64,000 nucleotides of DNA from Camelus dromedarius (Eukaryota). Location: contig NC_087437.1 in the NCBI RefSeq assembly GCF_036321535.1, positions 3,162,001 to 3,226,000 of the forward strand, in the 5' to 3' direction. Below, one piece after another: positions 37,438 to 49,180 of the stretch. Made by a program: the position numbers and the translations under genes. Within the stretch, counting starts at the first letter, position 1. Every line of letters starts with the position of its first letter. The notes beneath the pieces were generated by a model, which had not been told where the DNA came from, searched no databases, and saw only the letters and a list, made by a program, of their open reading frames with translations.

Positions 37438-38178
37438 TCTAGTTGCCTAATTTCAGAAACCGTGTGTGGCCTTTTTGGAATAAAATTAACCTTTTCAAAA
37501 TAACTAGGAACCCTGAAATTTGTGTGTGTGAGTGAGATTTATAACGTTATCTGTATTAGACACTTTATGACGTGTTAGCGAACAGTAAGTCTGTTTGAAG
37601 AGAGGAGGTGGCAGCAGTATATGAAAATCTTCTGTGCTGGGGGTCCCTTTTCACTAAGATATTGTATTTTTATTATGAATTTCCGAAACTGTCATCTTCA
37701 GGATCGACCTTTATACACCGCAAAGCTGGATCACCTTGGTTTGAAGTACTCATCTACTTAGGATGTGGAAGATGTTGTAAGAGTAATCAGGGGAGGCCTG
37801 ATTACTGAAGGGAGGACGTGGAGAATGGCAGAAATAGTGTACTTTTAAGTCATTTAACCATTTCAGAGTATTTTCATTTCCATTATGTCATACCCTCATT
37901 TATTCATTTAATCAGTCATTTAGCAGAACCACCACTGGCATCCTCTCTGTGCTGGGATCAGCGACCAGCACTTGGAGGTTAAGATTCCAGAAACCTCTCT
38001 CTGCCTCAGGAAACCCTGGCAGCAGGGTTCTGGCCTGGATGGGAAGGTCCTTCTGTAGCTTCGAACCTCGAGGGAAATGAGAGTAAAAAGATGAAGCCAT
38101 TTACCCAAGGGAACAGGTTGTCAGTGTTTGAAAGGGCTGAAATTTTATCCACGTCTTCTGGCTTAAGAAAGAAGCCAA

Positions 38179-38305
38179 GGGAGAGATTGTAGCTCAGGGG
38201 TAAAGTGTGTGCTTAGCAGACACCAGGTCCTGGATTCAATCCCCAGCACCTCCATTAAAATGAATAAACTTAATTACCTCCCCTTCCCCCTGCCAAAAAA
38301 AAAAA
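38179..38305 (+). mobile_element. tRNA-derived SINE (Vic-1-like)
   Basis: tagctcaggggtaaagtgtgtgcttagc...ggtcctggattcaatccccagcacctccattaaaa...ttaattacctccc with an A-tail. Confidence 0.9.
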
Positions 38306-39199
38306 GCCCAGACATGTTTAAGATGGTGCATTTACTAAGAGCTTCACTTGGCATACAGACCCAGAATGTTGATTTCTGAGCCAGCTGTTACCCGACCGGG
38401 AAATATTAGAAGAACACGCAAGGATTTCCACCTGTGTGTCCTCAATGCGGTCAGTGTTTTCTTTGACTTCAGCTTGACTTTGGCCTCCTGCCTGTCTTAG
38501 CTGCAGACACTTTAATTTTTCAGACTTTGATTTAGAAGGACCCTGTACTTTGCTCTGTCTTCAAGATTCTGAATGGCCTTTGCATATTTATTATTCATTG
38601 GTTTCTTCATCTTAGAGAATCAGATGACTGAAGCTTTAACTCTGGTAAACACAAGATGGGGTCCAGATTTATGATGTCCTCGTCCCTTATGGAAGGCAGG
38701 GCATAAATGTCTCTTCCAACAGGTTTTCTGTTCTCTTGGCATATTTGTTTCTGAAAACTGTCTGCTTCCAGCCGTATCTAGGCAATTTATATAAAAACTG
38801 GAGAAACGTTCCTTGTCTTTCCTGCTCTCTCAGGGACTTTGTTTGACTTCTCGGTAAGAGTAGGGTCAAAGTTAGACCCCATTTCATCTTCTCCCCTCCT
38901 GGGTTTACAACCAGGACGGGGCGGATTGATTGAGAGGGAGTTTCGTTCCCTCCTCTCCCCTTCCTCAGAGAAACAGTCAGTCAGTTTCAGTTGTGCGACT
39001 TTCAGGGGGTCCCTGAGCAAAGCGGTTTTCCACACGGCCAAGTTGACAGCTCTCCCTCCCACCCTCCCACCTTCCCAGCTCTGCCAGCCTCCCTCCGTTC
39101 ATCTTTGTGACCCGTCACGTTCCTCGGGAATTCTGTGGGCTCCGTGGTCAGTCAGGCCTGAGTTCAGGTCTCATCTCTGTCACTCTACCAGCTAGAATG

Positions 39200-39560
39200 C
39201 CCTTGACTGTGAGTAAGAGAATACTCAAATATTATTCCTTATTACTAATAATTAATGTTCCTAAAAACCCAGGCTCTTTTCTTCTTTTTCTCCTTCATCC
39301 AAAGCATGTTGGCTGCACATTCAGGCTGGATCCGCACTGTGGTCAAATGGTGGCCACAGCTCAACATATGAGGCCCTTACGCTTCTGTGTCCACAGGAAG
39401 AAAAGAGGTTCTTTCTCTCCACTTCCCTCTGTTTTAAAAAGTAGAAAACATATTGTAGAGGCTCCTTAACAGACTTCCTCTGCTGTATTTTTGGCTGGAA
39501 CTAGATAGACTCTCACCTCTAAATTAATCACTGATCAGAAGGAATGAGGTTACCATCTGA
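39200..39560 (-). mobile_element. Old MLT1 (J/K/L-like) LTR remnant
   Basis: aaacccaggctctttt...ggtcaaatggtggccacagctc...aacagacttcctctgctgtatttttggctggaact. Confidence 0.5.
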
Positions 39561-39609
39561 CGTTTTGATCGATCATGCTTCACCTCGTGGGGAGCCCAGG
39601 TGCTGAGTG

Positions 39610-39708
39610 TGTTAGTGGTGTGTGAGGGTGCACACACCCGGGTTTGTTAGTGGTGTGGGAGGGAGGACACACCCCAGGTGTTTTGGTGGTGTGTAGGGTA
39701 GCACCCAG
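39610..39708. repeat. Degenerate ~35-bp minisatellite, about 3 units
   Basis: Units tgttagtggtgtgtgagggtgcacacacccgggtt / tgttagtggtgtgggagggaggacacaccccagg / tgttttggtggtgtgtagggtagcacccag. Confidence 0.75.
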
Positions 39709-40236
39709 TGAGGCACAGCCCCGCCTGCAGCAGACAGTGCTCGCTGGGGTCCCAGGCACGTTTGTGATGAGTTTACACATCACACGTTCTCAAGAGGAAC
39801 AGGATGGGCGGGCTGTGCTGATGTTAGACCGCACACAGTGAGATCTGGGATTGGTCCACACTCTCCCCTCTGCACTCATCCCTTTTAGGTACAGGTGTCA
39901 CCAGGCCATCTGTGTTTCACAGATCTGAGTAGAAAGACCAGTGACTTCACATCAGTAATTTCCGTTTCAAAGGAAAAGATTCTGGCTTCTTGCATCCGTG
40001 CGCTCTGATCAGCATGCTGGGGAAGAGATGCTCTTAGTGATTCTGATGCTGTCGAGGAGCCCCGTGTGGAATTCCCTTGCCTGTCACCGATGTGGTGATG
40101 TGGCTTCATAGCTCACACCCTGCAGACGCCGTGCACAGAGTTTCTGTAACCACACTCAGTGTGGCAAGACTCTGAGATCTCACTGGGAAGTTCTTTGTCA
40201 ATATGCCAGTAACACTTACAATAAAATGTGTCCCCA

Positions 40237-40385
40237 GGGAAGGGCAAGCTCAGGGGGTACAGTGCGTGCTTAGCATGCACGAGGTCCTGGATTCAATCCC
40301 CAGTACCTCCATTAAAATAAAATCACCTAATCACCTCCCCACAAAACAAAAACCAAAAAAATTTTTTTAATTTAATTAAAAAATA
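40237..40385 (+). mobile_element. tRNA-derived SINE (Vic-1-like)
   Basis: agctcagggggtacagtgcgtgcttagcatgcacgaggtcctggattcaatccccagtacctccattaaaata...cctaatcacctcccc with an A-rich tail. Confidence 0.9.
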
Positions 40386-41719
40386 ATTTTAGTTGGAGAA
40401 AAATTTTAAAACCTTTTTTTACTGTATCCCATCCATCATTCACATAACGTAACTTGGTGGGCACCTGCCCGGCACTCAGATGTTCTCGGTGTGTGTGAGT
40501 CTGGGGAACCTCAGCCCTGCTTTGCTATGTCCCTCCTCCCATTGCAGTGAGATGGGTCAGCCAAGCTCTGTGCCATGGCCGCCCCTGCTAACCCAGCTCC
40601 CGTGGCAGAATGAGGAGCCTGCTTTGGGATGAGAAACTTCTGATCCTCCTGGGACACCTTCCTCTGAGGTCTCATTGCGGCTTCCTCTATCCATGTATGG
40701 TCGGTCACTCACCTCCAGTTAGTGAGGAATGCTAGGGACAGTTCAGGAAAGGACCGTGACAGCCTTAAAATCAACTGAACTAAATGTAGACTCGGGCCAG
40801 GATGATTGTATCTAGAAATATGTGTGATGGAAAAAATGTCTAAACCTGCTGCTAACCTCTCACTGTGCAGCCGGCGTCTGAGATAGAATCAGGAGCCCAG
40901 GAAACCGTTTCCAGATAGTATCAGCCTAATCAGAATGGGGATTTTGAAAAATCAATATGGATTCCAGGCCCAAATTTCTTTATCTCTGGTATATATAAAC
41001 AGATGGATATGTGCTTTATAACCAGTATATGTTCATTTGTGGCATTTAAAAAAATCTATGTATTGTTTCTTCACCAAATACGTAAAGAATGCCTGTTATG
41101 TGGCAGACTCTGCACTGGACACCGAGGGAACAGCATGAAAGGGTCAGAGATGCTGCTCATTTTCAAGGGGATCACAAATCAGTGGGATAAACTTTAACAA
41201 ATAAACATGGAGAAGTGAGGAACTGCAGTCAAAAGAAAGACTGCTGGTCACCAGGCATTACTGTTAGCCATTACTTTCATAAATAGGTTTCCATGTGTTC
41301 TGATTTGGTCGATAAAATGAAATATTCAGTTTCTGAAAAATATATGTGATTCCTCCATATTTTATAGGCAGACAACTCCAATAAATGGCTTGTGGGTGGC
41401 ATGAAGCCTTCCCCAGTTTAGATTCAGAGATCCAAGTCATGACATTTAACTCAGGTAAGGAGGTCAGGGAGGTTTTCCCAGATGAGAACTTTGGGTGACC
41501 AGGACACAGCCTAAGCTGGTTCTCAGGTGGCAGACATCTCGGGATATCAGCTTTGTAAATTGCTCTTCTAGCCTTAAATACCAGCGCGTGGTCATGGTGC
41601 TGGGCGGAGCACCCCAGCCCTCTTCGAGCTGTACCTTCACTCCTGCCTCTAGAGAATTATCCTGTAGTTTCCTGGGAGGCCTGGAGGCCCTCCAGCAGTT
41701 GGCCCCCAAGCATGGGATA

Positions 41720-42060
41720 CATGCGTGTGGAATCTAAAAAAAAAATGGTACAAATCATATTTATAAACCAAAAATAGACTCATGGACAAAGAAAACAATG
41801 GTTACCAAAGAGGAAGGAGGGAGGGAGAAATTAGAGGTTGGGAATTAACAGATACACACTACTGTATATAAAATAGGTAAACAACAAGGACCTACTCTAT
41901 AGCACAGGGAACTGTATTCAATTTCTTGTAACAACATATAATGGAAAAGATTCTGAAAAACTATATATGATGTATATGTATAACTAAATCACTTTGCTGT
42001 ACACCTGAAATTAGCAGTGTAAACCAACTACACTTCAATAAAAAACAATTTTTTTAAAAA
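41720..42060 (+). mobile_element. L1 3' UTR fragment
   Basis: tgtggaatctaaaaaaaaaatggtacaaat...aactacacttcaataaaaa. Probable TSD aagcatgggata (41708-41719) / aagagtgggata (42061-42072). Confidence 0.92.
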
Positions 42061-43166
42061 AAGAGTGGGATAGCTGCAAGACAGCTCAGTGCTGTCTGCC
42101 TTCTAGTGAAATAGTAAAATCCCCCATGTTTGCCACGCCCAGCGGGGGATGTCCGTAATGCTCCTGCCCTCCCCTCCAGTGCTCTTCTTTTATGGCTCAG
42201 ATAGGCACCAAGGAAATACTAGCAAATCCACTGCGTGAGCTGGTGCCCAGCCAAGGATCACCCTCTTGCCAGCCCTACAGCCTCGGAGGAGAGCTGTCCT
42301 ACAGTGACCCTGCTGCCGTAAATGTGTAGCGGGGAGCTTTACCCCTTTGAGAGGGGGGAAGGCAGCCATCACTCTCCCCATAAACTGAGAAGAACCATTC
42401 CTTTGCTTCCTGGGCCTCACTCCTTCCTCTGTAATCATAAGTTCTATCCAAGGCACTGATGGGTGGGAACTTAGTCATCTCAGAAGAGTGCTTGGCCCCA
42501 GTTTACTCCTCTCTTGAAGATATCATATCTGACGTTTGTGTCCTTAGCTTGTGGTGATTCCAGGGTAACAAGAAAAGCCCCATTTAAAATCCTTTTGTGT
42601 TGTGTCATTTACTCACGCAAACCTAGACGCCAACAGCTGCTTGTGAACCCACGTGGCAGCTGGGTCAGTGCGCAGAACACATTTTGTGCTGTGAAAATAC
42701 ACAAACAAAAAACCCACAGATGTAGAGAAAATGAGTCACTTGAAATCATTCAAAAGCTCGAGGTCCTTGCTTTGCTGTTGGAGTAAAGGCATTGTGACTT
42801 CTGCAAACCGATTGAGTGTGTGGGGCTGAGACCAAGAGTAATTTAACTCTGAGGATACATTGAAAATTTATTTTTGTCCTAATTAGCAAAAAAATGTAGG
42901 TAAGGGGAAATAAACAACAATAAATAAACTCATCTCATGATGCAATTTTAATTATTTGACTTTTACAGAGGGCTGTTTAAAAGATAGGCCACAAAAATCA
43001 TTATTCATAGACCAGTTCAGAATGAAGGAGGGAGAGATTGCCCCCACTGCTGTGTAAATTGTAGGAGCAGCTAGACTGGTCATCCAGGAGGGAGTGAGCA
43101 GATGAGAATGAAGAAAGAGGATCTTACTTGGACAGTCTTGTCTTTTTGCCGGTCTCATGACCACTT

Positions 43167-43434
43167 TTTTAAAAAATTGAAGTACAGTCAGTTACAATGT
43201 GTCAGTCTCTGGTGCACAGTATAATGTCCCAGTCATGCAGATACATACATGTATTCGTTTTCGTATTCTTTTTCATTAAAGGTTATTACAAGATAATTGA
43301 ATGTAGTTTCCTGTGCTATAAGGAAGAAATTTGGGTTTTACATATTTTTATATACAGTGGTTAGCATTTGCAAATCTCAAACTCCCACATCTATCCCTCC
43401 CCTTCCCCTTCCCCCCATAAGGTTGTTTACTATG
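43167..43434 (-). mobile_element. L1 3' UTR fragment with TSD
   Basis: aattgaagtacagtcagttacaatgtgtcag..., with TSD tcatgaccactt (43155-43166) / tcatgactactt (43435-43446). Confidence 0.93.
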
Positions 43435-45633
43435 TCATGACTACTTGCTGATGGCAGGATTCTTATTATCCGCCCTTCCCAAACAGGGGTCATCCTCGCT
43501 GGGGCTTGGGGGTCTCAGGAAACCATTCCTTTTTGGGAGTAATTTACATCTAGGCTTCATGCTAGTTTATCATCAGAAGAAGCTTGAATCTTTCCTTTTT
43601 GCCACAGACTGATCAACTGTCAGCTCTCTTGTCATCAGAAGTAACTGTTAGATTGAAGATGTGTATACCTTCACACAAGGGCTCACCCTCGTTACAGACC
43701 TCCGTGGCTCTCGGTGTGTCAGAAATAGGGAACCCAGCACTTGGCGTTTCCTTTCCATCTTCCCGCAGCCCTGAGGGACACACCCACTGAAAGTGTTCCC
43801 ATTCTCTGTTGTGTAGCAGATGGATTTTGGAGCTCCCCAGAACCTCCCCCTGAGCTTGTCCTCTGGTGATGCACACTCACGAAGAGGATCACTGCAGTAA
43901 ATGTTGCTTCATCCAATGCCAGGGATTCCACGAGCCGTGGAAAATTCCACGGGCAACAGAAGGTGGGAACCTCTAATGGTGCCAGTGGATGAACACAGAC
44001 AGGGTGAGGTCACGCTTGTTAGATGTGTGATGACAATCCAACACTCATACCAGCATGTAAATGAGTACAAATACTAAAACGTATAGGAATGATTCTCTCA
44101 GGCTGTCCTTGGGGCTCTGAAATATTCTGTGTCTTTTCCTAACAGAGCCAAGATATAAAGAAGGTAAAATTTCCCTTGAATAAGCACATTTCTTGGAGAG
44201 GGATGGAGGTGTGGCTTGAGTTTCTTTCCAGGGGACACATTCAGTAATCATGTGCAGTCTGGTTGCACTGCAGGGCAGTGTGGCATTGAATTCGTGGTGC
44301 AGAGGATAAAAAACAAGGCAAATTCATCCTCAGCAGCAGAAGGAACTTAGTTCTGATTTTCCCAGACTTGTCGATAGCTGATCGAGGAAGCCGTTCCCCA
44401 TCCTGCTTAAGATGAAGTTGTCTGGCGCACATCCCTCTGGTCCTTCTGATTAGAGTGGCTTTTGCAGACAGTGTTAGCTGAGCCTCAGCCAGTTCACGGT
44501 CCTAAAATTGCTGCAATTTCTTAAAATGGAAAGATTCGATTTGATAGGAACACAGCACGGGTTGGGAAGAAAAGGTCACCGTGAAGGGCATGTACACAAA
44601 GGAGGATTACTGATTCAATTTCAGTCCCCACAGATGGATTCATTCTGGGCTCAGGATATTACGTTTATGGTAGGATTCTTTTTTCCAAGTCTCTCCTGTA
44701 TCCAGTTCAGTCTGTTTGGTGGCCTGTTGTCATTTCCACCTCTCCTTGCAAAACGAGGAGTTGAAATTCCTGGGCCCTGACAGTGTCTCTCTTTCTGGGC
44801 ATCTTGGGTGACCTGGACAAGCTCTCTGAAGTAAGGATTGGGCTCTAGAATAAGTGGGTGCAGATATCCTCAAAACCAGCCTTTGGTTTTCTGCAGAAAT
44901 GGTGGGGATAGAAGAACACTGAAACTTCTAGTACGTGCCAACTAGCTTAAGCCTGATTAGAATCATAGGTCCTCCTCTGCCACCAAGCCTTGGGATTCCA
45001 GATATTCTGGCCAGTAGCTGCAGGGAACAACCTTTCTTTCCCTGTCTTCCCCTTAACCAGACCTGAGAGGACAAATAAAGCAAGAGAACAGAAAAACCTA
45101 GGACTGGAGACTTGGTTTCCCAATTAAATAATAGAATATAGCCTCTGTTTGAGAAGGGTTCTTGACTTTCGGGATACAAACACTCAAAACATGTTTCTCC
45201 TAAAAACTGGGAAATCTGAGTGTGGGTGTTTGGAGGAGAGGGGATTCGGGGAATTGAAAAGAATCCCTTCCAGCTCAGAGTTCTCTTTTTGGTGGGCAGA
45301 TTGGGTCTGAAGCTTATGTTTTGAAGAAATATTCAATGAGGTAGCAGAAGGGGAAATTGTGACTGTGATTTTTTTTTCCTCCTCTCAAGTCTGACAAAAT
45401 ATGAACAAGGTTCTTTCTTTGACCTAAAAGAGAAAAGGGGTCACTACTATCCCCCGGCCCCCATCTATGCCCCAGTCAAGCTGAAGGGAGCCAGCTGGGC
45501 TCTTTGTATAAAAAATGCCACTCCCTGGACTCAGCCTGGTCCAGCCCTTCATTACTGAGTTCTGATTTGTTTTTAACCAATCTGAACTGATTTTCTTCAA
45601 CTTCCTTTGAAGGGGCAGCTCTAAATATCTTTA

Positions 45634-45704
45634 TCAGTGTGGTTTATCACTCCTGGATAGACAGTAAACCACACTGAGAAGTGAGGGTTTTTACTAACTG
45701 TCTA
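45634..45704. repeat. Overlapping inverted repeats (hairpin element)
   Basis: tcagtgtggttta (45634-45646) and taaaccacactga (45665-45677) form a perfect 13-bp IR. tagacagt (45658-45665) and actgtcta (45697-45704) form a second IR. Confidence 0.8.
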
Positions 45705-45807
45705 AATACAATACATGTGTACTGGCACACACACACACAGTACTTTCCATACTGTGTGCCTTTATTACCCCATAATCTGATGTCTTAGTTAAGCTACAGA
45801 CCAAAGA

Positions 45808-45922
45808 TGAAAGAAAAGAAAGGGAGGGAGGAAGGGAGGGAGGAAAGAAAGAAAGAAGGAAAGAAGGAAAGAAAGAAAGAAAGACAGACAGAGGGGGAAG
45901 GGAGGGAGAGAGGGAAGGAAAT
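45808..45922. repeat. Polypurine (GAAA/GGAA/GGGA)n tract
   Basis: About 110 bp of almost pure A/G, seen directly. Confidence 0.9.
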
Positions 45923-45924
45923 AA

Positions 45925-46075
45925 AACTGGGGTAAGTTAACGACTGGGACCCTCAGTTTCCTCATCTACAAAATAGGAACAATACTACCTTCATTCTAGA
46001 GCTGTTTTAGGGATTAAACGAGATCAGGTATATAAAGTATTTAGTAGAGAACCTGATGAATAATTAATAGCTATT
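45925..46075 (+). mobile_element. MIR SINE
   Basis: cctcagtttcctcatctacaaaataggaacaatactaccttcattctagagctgttttagggattaaacgagat is the MIR core. Confidence 0.85.
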
Positions 46076-46879
46076 AATTTGAGTGGCCACTGGGTACACC
46101 TAAATGGACTTCAGAAAGATCATAAAATAGATTTAGACACTCTCTTATTGGGCATCCTTAATATTCCAACATGCGGAAGAGATGGGCTACTTCAGGCTAA
46201 GGAAAGCTTCACTCTTATAATTGAGCTTAACCACAAAGGGAGAGTGAGGATTTGATGGAAGGGACAGGAGTCATTTCTTTTGAAAAATGAGCTGCCTTTC
46301 TTGAAGTAACATCAGAGTTGCTGGAAAGATCCTTAATAAAATAAGCATTAGGCCAGGGCACTATTCAGATTTCACCAGGAAGGGAGATCTCATTGGAGTG
46401 CTGTCCACTTGCTCCCTGATTGATTACTATAAATAGTAATTCAGTCATTTATTTCCACTCAGAAGGCCCCCCCGTTTGTTCATTTGAGCATCAAAGCAAT
46501 GCTAATGCAGATTTCCACCTCCTGTCAGCTGGAGAAGCACCGTTTGGTTTTGTGGGTTTTGGACAGAACGGGTAACCTCATTTTATGAAGAAGGGCTGCT
46601 ATTATCTGCATTCCCAAATTGCCCTTTTGAAAATAATAGTCGTCACATATTTAGGCTTCCCTGGGAATGAAGTATCTGGTTGCTTGCAGATGGCAAAGGT
46701 GAACTTCCACAGCTGTGCTTCGTAAATCATCCCCCAGGGCGAAAGGATTTCTCCCACCCCAAGGAGTATGCCAGTGGGTGTGCCCTCTGCACTTTGAGGG
46801 TGACTCAGTGATTTAGGGGATGAAAGTGAGGAAAGGTGCAGGCTTTCTGCTACATTTGGGGCTAAGATTTAGGCCACCT

Positions 46880-47434
46880 ACATATATCCAGAGAAAACTA
46901 ACTTGAAAAGATACATGCACCCCAATGTTCACAGTAGCACTATTTTCAGTAGCCAAGATATAAAAATAACCTAAATGTCCATTGACAGATGATTAGATAA
47001 AGAAGATGGTATATTTATACAATGGAATACTACTCAGCCATAATAAAGAATAAAATAATGCCATTTGCAGCAACATGGATGGACCTGGAGACTGTCATAC
47101 TATGTAAGTCAGAGAAAGACAAATATCATATAATATCACTCATATGTGGAATCTAAAAAAAGACAAATGAACATATTTACAAAACAGAAACAGACTCACA
47201 CACATAGAAAAAAAACTTATGGTTACCAGGGGAGAAAGAAAGTGGGAAGAGATAAATTAGAACTTTGGGATTAGCAGATACAGACTACTACATATAAAGG
47301 AGATAAACAACAAGGTCCTACTGTAGAGCACAAGGACTATATTCAATATCCTGTAATAACCTATAATGAAAAGGAATAAGAAAAATACATATATAAGTAT
47401 AATTGAATCATTGTACTGCACAGAAGAGACTAAC
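46880..47434 (+). mobile_element. L1 3' fragment lacking its terminal ~30 nt and poly-A
   Basis: catatatccagagaaaacta...gatacatgcaccccaatgttcacagtagcac...gcaacatggatggacctggag. It stops at cagaagagactaaca. Confidence 0.93.
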
Positions 47435-48575
47435 AAAGAATTCTTAGACTTGGCACCAAAAGCCTAATCCATGAAAGAATAAACTGATAAATTGGACTTC
47501 CTCAAAATTAAAAACTGTAGTGTACAAAAGACCCTTTTAAGAGAATGAAAGGATGAGTTTCTGACTGTGAGAAAATATTTGCAAACCACACATCCCACAA
47601 AAGACTAGCATCTTGAATATATCTAAAAATCTCAAAACTCCACAGTGGGAAACAAACAATCCGATTAGAAAATGGGTCAGATGTGAAGAGACATTTCAGC
47701 AAAGAGGACATATGGACGGCAGATACACATATGAAAGGATGCTCAGCATCATTAGCTGTTGGGGAGATAAATGCAAAGTAAAACCACAACATGGACCACT
47801 CATATCCATCAGAGTAGCTAAAATGAAAATAGTGGAACGAATAACTGCTGCGGGGGAGATGGAGAAACTGGATCACTCACCCATTGCTAATGGGAATGTA
47901 AAATGGTGCAAACACCCTGGAAAATAGCTTTTCAGTGTCTTTAGAAATTAACAGGCAACTACCATATGATCCATCAATTACACTCTTAGGCATTTGTCCC
48001 AGAGAACCTAAGAATTATGTTCACACATATGCTTCAAACAGTTTTCTTTGTAACGGCCCAGAACTGGAAACAACACAGATGTTTGTAATCCGGTGAATGG
48101 TTATAACCTGTGGCATATCCATGTCACGGAGCACTAGTTAGCAATATGGGGTAACAAACTATTGACACACACAACAAGCTGGATCCATCTTCAGAGAGAA
48201 TTGTGCTTAGTTAAAAAAAACAAAAAACCACTCTCCAAAGCTTACATACTGTATGAGTCCATCTAAATAACATTCTTGAATTAACAAAATGATAAAAATG
48301 GAGAAGAGGTTAGAACAGGATGCCAGCAGTTTGGAAGGGGAAGGGGTGTGAAGGAAGTGGGTGTGGCTATGGAAAGGGCAACATGAGGGGTCCCTGTGGG
48401 GATGGACATTTTCTGTATCAATGTCAGTATCCTGGTTATGATACTGTACTGTAGTTCGTGAGGTGTAATCACTGGGGGAAACTAAGTAAAGGGTACCCAG
48501 GATCTCTGTATTACTTCCTACAATGGCATGTAAATCTACAGTTAACTCAGAGTTTCAAAGTTTAATTTAAAAAAA
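47435..48575 (+). mobile_element. Older L1 (L1MB/MC-like) ORF2 end and 3' UTR
   Basis: aagaattcttagacttggcaccaaaagc...gagaaaatatttgcaaaccacacatc...gggggaaactaagtaaagggtacccaggatctctgta...aaagtttaatttaaaaaaa. Confidence 0.85.
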
Positions 48576-48686
48576 TGCATTTAGTTGCAACACTTTAAAA
48601 CAATTATTTTTATCACAGTTCTAAATGGGTTCTTTCCTCTTTCCATTTTTTGGTGCTTATTGTTAAAATAGAGAAAAGCCAACAGC

Positions 48687-49180
48687 TTTTTTTTTTTATT
48701 GAAGTATAGTTGATTTAGAATGTTGTGTTAGTTTCTGGTGTACAGCATAGTGATTCAGTTATACACATTGTATATATTCTTTTTTGTGTTCTTTTTCATT
48801 GTAGGTTATCACAAGACATTGAATGTAATTCTCTGTGCTATACAGTAGGTCCTTGTTGTTTGTCTATTTTATATATAGTAGTTAGTATCTGCTAATCTCA
48901 AACTCCTAATTTATCCCTCCCCCCACCTTCCCCTTTGGTAACCATAAGTTTTCTATGCCTATGAGTCTGTTTTGTAAATAAGTTCATTTGTATCATTTTT
49001 TCAGATTCCACATATAAGTGATATCATATGTTGTCTTTCTCTTTCTGACTTATTAGTATGATAATCTCCAGGTCCATCCATGCTGCTGCAAATGGCAGTA
49101 TTTCATTCTTTTTTATGGCTAATTAATATTCCTTTTTGTGTGTGTTGTATGTGTGTGTATACCACAACTTATTTATCCAG
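48687..49180 (-). mobile_element. L1 3' fragment nested in an older L1
   Basis: Poly-T plus attgaagtatagttgatttagaatg...ccaggtccatccatgctgctgcaaatggc. Confidence 0.93.
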
